A stretch of 64,000 bases of DNA from an uncultured Gemmatimonadales bacterium. Its GTDB lineage: Bacteria > Gemmatimonadota > Gemmatimonadetes > Longimicrobiales > RSA9. The translations under genes were made by a program, and so were the position numbers. Below the pieces are notes generated by a model, which was not told the origin of the DNA, did no database searches, and saw nothing but the letters and a program-made list of their open reading frames with translations. The DNA is taken from positions 768,001 to 832,000 of the forward strand of contig CAWCRS010000003.1 of the NCBI GenBank assembly GCA_963798085.1, given 5' to 3'. Shown here one piece after another: positions 58,382-64,000 of this stretch; position 1 is the first letter of the stretch; every line of letters begins with the position of its first letter.

Positions 58382-58515
58382 TCTTACCTCCAGCGCACCG
58401 GACTCGCCGGCGCATTCGCGTGGTTTCGGCGGAGTGCTTCCTGTCAGTCCGCCTACCTGCCGCAACAGGCTACTGCCACGAACGGCTTGCCCCCGCAGGC
58501 AACCTCCCTTTCAGC

Positions 58516-58530
58516 ACAAGCCCCGTACCA
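58516..58530 (-). promoter_or_regulatory. Possible sigma54 promoter of the flp-tad operon
   Basis: TGGTACGGGGCTTGT (GG-N10-GT variant); palindromes GTTAC-C-GTAAC (~58550) and TTGCA-N3-TGCAA (58606-58618) lie upstream. Confidence 0.45.
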
Positions 58531-58715
58531 GAACCACGTCCTCCATCACGTTACCGTAACAAACTAACTGACAACGATTTGCCGCGACAGCCCCGGTCCC
58601 CTCCCTTGCATTCTGCAACACTTCGTACCAGTCCCTCCCGTCAGGACATTACAGCCAAGGCCGCTTTACCGCACAAACGCGGCAGCCTCGCGGGACCTCT
58701 CCCCCACCCCGGCAC

Positions 58716-60041
<1,326 letters not shown>

Positions 60042-60069
60042 CTTCCCTGATTCTGTCTCGCGTTTCCCA

Positions 60070-61863
60070 TCATGCGCGGGGCGCGACCGGTCCCGGTGCA
60101 CTGCTGCCCGGGGACCCGCCGGCACCCGAGGCGGTGTCGTCGCCTGCACCCGGATTCCCTGTTTCCGGCGCAGCCGCCAGCGGCAGCGCCACGACGAATT
60201 CGGCGCCCACATCCATTTCCGAGCGCCGCTCGAGGTACAGCCGGCCGCCGTGCGCCTTCACCACCTGCAGCGCCGTGGGCAGCCCAATGCCCGAGCCGCT
60301 CGGCTTGGTTGTGAAGAACGGCTGGAAGATGGAGTCCCGGACGTCGGGCCGAATGCCCGGCCCGCTGTCCACGACATGCACCCGCACCTCACCAGCCTCG
60401 CCTTCTTCGCTCCGTTCCGTCCATACACGCAACGTGCCGCCATCCGGCATTACGTCCGCCGCATTCAGGAACAGGTTCACGAATACCCCGCGCAGCTGTT
60501 CCTCGTCCCCCAGGATGGGAGCGCGCAAACCGTTCTGGTGCTGGATGCGGATCCCGCTCTTCTCCAGGCGAGGGCGCATCAGGTCGAGCGAGTCGTCGAG
60601 CACGTCTTCCATCTGGCAGGGCCGCCGGCTGATGGGTTTCGGACGACCCGCTTCGAGCACGCTCTTCACCGCGTCGTCCAGCCTGCTGATCTCGCGCAGG
60701 CACAGATGCAGCACCTGCTCGAGGTCGGCGGGCACTTCACCCCGCCGCGTTTCCCGCTCCACGCTCTGCAGGTTGAGGCGGATGGAGGAGAGTGGATTCC
60801 GGATCTCGTGCGACAGCTGCGCCGCGACTTCACCCACCACGGACATCTGGCGCGCGATCTCGTTCTGCCGGATCGTGGTCTTGAGCCGGGCCAGCATGAC
60901 GGCGAGCGCCTCGGACAGCTTGCCGACCTCGTCCTGGCCGGGCGGCGGCAGCCACGGCATCAGCTCACCCTCGCCAATGCGATCCGCCGCGAGCGCCAGG
61001 TCCTCGAGCGAGCTCATGTAGTACCTCGCCAGCAGCAGAAACGCGCCACCCACCAGCGCCACGACGGCGAACATCATGAGCAGGTTGAGCAGCTGCATGC
61101 GGGCGTACGGGCTGGTGAACTCGTCGATATCGGCCGCGGACACCACGGTCCAGGGCAGTACGCTCAGACTGGCGAAGCCACCGGTCCGCTGGTCGCCACC
61201 ATCGAATACCGGGAGCAGCCCGTGCTCCGAGTCCAGCGTCTTCCAGTCCAGCACCATCGGCCCCGACGGACTGGCATCGGGTGTACCTGCTTCGGCACGG
61301 CAGCGCGCGTCGTAAAGCACCGCACGACGCTGCCGGTCGAGCACGACGGTCTGCCCGCCATGCCCGAAGCGCACGTTCAGGGTCTGCTCCGGCAACAGTG
61401 AGCGTGCCGGCACCCAGCCCACGATCTCGCCACCACCGCTCCGTCCCTCGCGCAGACGCACGTGAATCTCCACGAGGCTGTCGGCGCCCGGCTCGCATGG
61501 ATGGCTGTCGACTTCCGGGGGATTCGTCGCGACGAACAGCGGTATGCTGTGGCCCGTGCCGCTCCGGTACTCGACCCGTGCGAAGTCGCTGCCCAGCACA
61601 CGCCACGATTCCGCACCCGGCACCGGCTCGCCCGAGCCGGAAGCACCGGGCGTGGCCGGCGTCAGGGGTCGCAGCAGCGAGGACTGCAGCGTACCGTAGC
61701 GATTGAGAATGGCGCTGGCGGCATTCTGGCTCGCCGCCTCCAGCTTCGCCTGCACCAGCGTGCCCAGCGAATGAAGCGACTGCGCGTAGTTGCCCGCACC
61801 CACGACCATGGTGATGAGCGCGAGGAACACGTACAGCGCGAGGATCTTGAAGCGCAGCGACAT
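60070..61863 (-). CDS. HAMP-domain sensor histidine kinase
   Basis: Two TM helices flanking a periplasmic domain; HAMP (DEVGKL); HEIRNPL; NLFLNA, DSGPG, FFTTK and GSGIGL. Confidence 0.92.
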   Translation of the reverse strand: MSLRFKILALYVFLALITMVVGAGNYAQSLHSLGTLVQAKLEAASQNAASAILNRYGTLQSSLLRPLTPATPGASGSGEPVPGAESWRVLGSDFARVEYRSGTGHSIPLFVATNPPEVDSHPCEPGADSLVEIHVRLREGRSGGGEIVGWVPARSLLPEQTLNVRFGHGGQTVVLDRQRRAVLYDARCRAEAGTPDASPSGPMVLDWKTLDSEHGLLPVFDGGDQRTGGFASLSVLPWTVVSAADIDEFTSPYARMQLLNLLMMFAVVALVGGAFLLLARYYMSSLEDLALAADRIGEGELMPWLPPPGQDEVGKLSEALAVMLARLKTTIRQNEIARQMSVVGEVAAQLSHEIRNPLSSIRLNLQSVERETRRGEVPADLEQVLHLCLREISRLDDAVKSVLEAGRPKPISRRPCQMEDVLDDSLDLMRPRLEKSGIRIQHQNGLRAPILGDEEQLRGVFVNLFLNAADVMPDGGTLRVWTERSEEGEAGEVRVHVVDSGPGIRPDVRDSIFQPFFTTKPSGSGIGLPTALQVVKAHGGRLYLERRSEMDVGAEFVVALPLAAAPETGNPGAGDDTASGAGGSPGSSAPGPVAPRA

Positions 61864-62211
61864 CGGACCTCGGCCGGGCCGCATTCATCGCGACCCGGAT
61901 CCCGGCTGACGCAGGCACCCCGTGCCCTGCCGCCGTTGCTCTGGTTGCCCGGATGCTCCCCCCAGGAGCGGCGGATCGCTACGTCGCGACCCGTTCGGCA
62001 GAGCGAGGAAGGCGGCTACGCGGGGATCGATCGTTCACGCGATCGCCCGCTCCGGTATCGACAGATCGCCGCGCGCATGACGATTCCGTCGAAGGCGGAG
62101 GCGCCGCTCCCAGGACTCGCTCTTCCTCGCCCCGGTGACGCCCCGGAAAGGTAGTCTGGATTACGTTGCGTGCCAACTGCGGCCGGGACGGCTTTGCGGG
62201 CATATGGCGGG

Positions 62212-62356
62212 TCGGACCGTCTTGGCATTCTTGGGTTGTGGCGCCATCGCGCATTGACGCGGCTGGCGCAGCTATCGAGTGACCGCGTTTCCATGCGCGA
62301 ATGCATCGCGTCGATAGCAGGGGCGGCCGGAAGGAAAGAACGCCAAGACGGTCCGA
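62212..62356 (+). mobile_element. ~145-bp MITE/REP-like element, copy E
   Basis: TIRs TCGGACCGTCTTGGCATTCTT / AAGAACGCCAAGACGGTCCGA; 10 nt beyond the cdc48 stop. Confidence 0.7.
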
Positions 62357-62366
62357 TTCCCCGCCA

Positions 62367-64000
62367 TCATGCTTCGTCCTTCTTCACCTCCGTCCCGAAG
62401 CCGATGCGGCGCGGGCCGCGCGGACTTTCGCGCTTGAGGGTGCGGGCCAGCTCGCTGTACTCCTTCTCCATCTCGGGCGTGACCGAAGCATGGGTCTCGT
62501 CCATCGACGACTCGAAGTAGCGCATGCTGACCTGCTCGATGTCGGGATTGTCGCGCAGGGCGTGGAGGCCGGCGCGTCGCACGAGGTCTTCGAGATCGGC
62601 GCCGGTGTAGCCGTGCGTGCGCCCGGCCAGCACGTGCAGGTCCACATCATCGGCCATGGGCATGCGCGCGGTGTGGATGTGGAGTATGCGCAGGCGACCT
62701 TCGAAATCGGGGACGGGCACGTAGATCAGCTCGTCGAAGCGGCCGGGTCGCAGGAGTGCCGGATCGATGAGGGCGGGGCGGTTGCTGGCCGCGATCACCA
62801 CCACGCCGCGCAGCTCTTCCAGCCCGTCCATTTCCGCTAACAGCGTGTTGACGACGCGCTCGGTCACCGCCGGCTCGCCCAGTCCGCCGCCGCGCTCGGG
62901 CGCGAGCGAATCGACTTCATCGAGGAAGATGACGGTGGGCGCCACCTGGCGGGCGCGCGCGAACAGGCGCGATACCTGCTTCTCGGATTCGCCGTACCAC
63001 TTGGAGAGCAGGTCGGACGACTTGGTGGCGATGAAGTTGGCCTCCGCCTCGTGCGCCACGGCGCGGGCCAGCAGCGTCTTGCCCGTGCCGGGGGGCCCGA
63101 ACAGCAGGAAACCGCGCGCGGGCCGGATACCCAGACGTTCGAATGCCTGGGGCTGGCGCATGGGCAGCTCGACGCCCTCGCGCAGCCGGAGCTTCGCATC
63201 GTCGAGTCCACCAATGTCCTCCCACGTGACGCGCGGTGCTTCGATCATGATCTCGCGCAGCGCGGAAGGCTGGACGCGACGCAGCGCATTGGCGAAGTCG
63301 TCGCGTGTCACCCGCAGGGAGGACAGCACATCGGGCGGGATCTCGCCGCCGGCATCGAGGTCGGGAAGGTTGCGCCGCAGCGTCTCCATGGCCGCCTCGC
63401 GCACGAGCGCGCCCAGGTCCGCGCCCACGAAGCCGTACGTGGTGCTGGCCATGTCATCGAGGTCGACATCGTTGTCCAGCGGCATGCCGCGCGTGTGGAT
63501 GCCGATGATCTCGCGCCGACCCGCGCCATCGGGCACGCCGGCGACGATCTCGCGGTCGAAGCGGCCCGGCCGGCGGAGCGCCTCATCCAGTGCGTCGAGC
63601 CGATTGGTGGCGCCGATCACGACGACGTTCTGGCGCGGCTCGAGGCCGTCCATGAGCGTGAGCATCTGCGCCACCACCCGCCGCTCCACTTCGCCCACCA
63701 CCGTCTCGCGCTTGGGTGCGATCGAGTCGATCTCGTCGATGAACACGATGGACGGCGCGCGCTGCTGCGCCTGCTGGAAGATCTCGCGCAGCCGCTGCTC
63801 CGATTCGCCGTAGAAGCGCCCCATGATCTCGGGACCGGCAATGTGGAAGAAGGCGGCATCGGCCTCGTTGGCGACGGCGCGTGCCAGCAGCGTCTTCCCC
63901 GTGCCGGGCGGCCCGTACAGCAGCACGCCTTTCGGCGGGTCGATGCCCAGCTGCTGAAAAAGCTCGGGGTGTTTGAGCGGCAGCTCGATCAGTTCACGCA
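62367..64000 (-). CDS. CDC48/VCP-family double AAA+ ATPase (5' end outside the window)
   Basis: Two modules GPPGTGKT / FIDEIDS / [15 protein letters not shown]; the frame continues to the window edge ([11 protein letters not shown]). Confidence 0.93.
   Translation of the reverse strand, partial: RELIELPLKHPELFQQLGIDPPKGVLLYGPPGTGKTLLARAVANEADAAFFHIAGPEIMGRFYGESEQRLREIFQQAQQRAPSIVFIDEIDSIAPKRETVVGEVERRVVAQMLTLMDGLEPRQNVVVIGATNRLDALDEALRRPGRFDREIVAGVPDGAGRREIIGIHTRGMPLDNDVDLDDMASTTYGFVGADLGALVREAAMETLRRNLPDLDAGGEIPPDVLSSLRVTRDDFANALRRVQPSALREIMIEAPRVTWEDIGGLDDAKLRLREGVELPMRQPQAFERLGIRPARGFLLFGPPGTGKTLLARAVAHEAEANFIATKSSDLLSKWYGESEKQVSRLFARARQVAPTVIFLDEVDSLAPERGGGLGEPAVTERVVNTLLAEMDGLEELRGVVVIAASNRPALIDPALLRPGRFDELIYVPVPDFEGRLRILHIHTARMPMADDVDLHVLAGRTHGYTGADLEDLVRRAGLHALRDNPDIEQVSMRYFESSMDETHASVTPEMEKEYSELARTLKRESPRGPRRIGFGTEVKKDEA

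Noticed and set aside
58462..58478. sigma54 promoter TGGCAG...TTGC near flp
   Set aside because: GG-to-GC spacing is 12 nt rather than the required 10.

Overview
High-GC bacterial chromosomal window. Gene content and style (SusC/SusD-like pair, ADOP permease, Cdc48, flagellar genes with both sigma54 and sigma28 promoters, low-complexity intergenic repeats) suggest Gemmatimonadota, which is an inference. From left to right it contains: flagellar genes (fliE, an unknown gene, flgC, flgB, a sigma54 activator, flgL, fliW); an orphan cheA; a secreted Gly/aromatic-rich protein; a multi-PAS hybrid kinase with its response regulator; an AraC regulator; ADOP and MFS transporters; nirK with an Rrf2 regulator; an outer-membrane protein gene with an early in-frame TGA; a ygfZ cluster; a D-aminoacylase; gnd-zwf-pgl-ROK; a SusD/SusC-like pair; an ABC-2 exporter; a Tad/Flp pilus operon; an NtrC-type two-component system; and a partial cdc48. 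Two things stand out. First, the Tad operon continues through tightly coupled genes into a five-gene module (DUF192, a beta-repeat membrane protein, a GT-C/oligosaccharyltransferase-like membrane enzyme, a prenyltransferase/squalene-cyclase-fold protein and a Tat-lipoprotein DUF362), a candidate pilus-modification system. Second, there is a dispersed family of ~144-bp elements with ~21-bp terminal inverted repeats (5 copies), two of them followed by tandem reiterations of the right end, plus a second GC-rich repeat family that splits tadB from tadC. Several single-base indels, mostly in homopolymers, probably reflect sequencing error. No rRNA, tRNA, CRISPR array or transposase was recognised. 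All protein calls come from motif recognition by eye; no database search was run.
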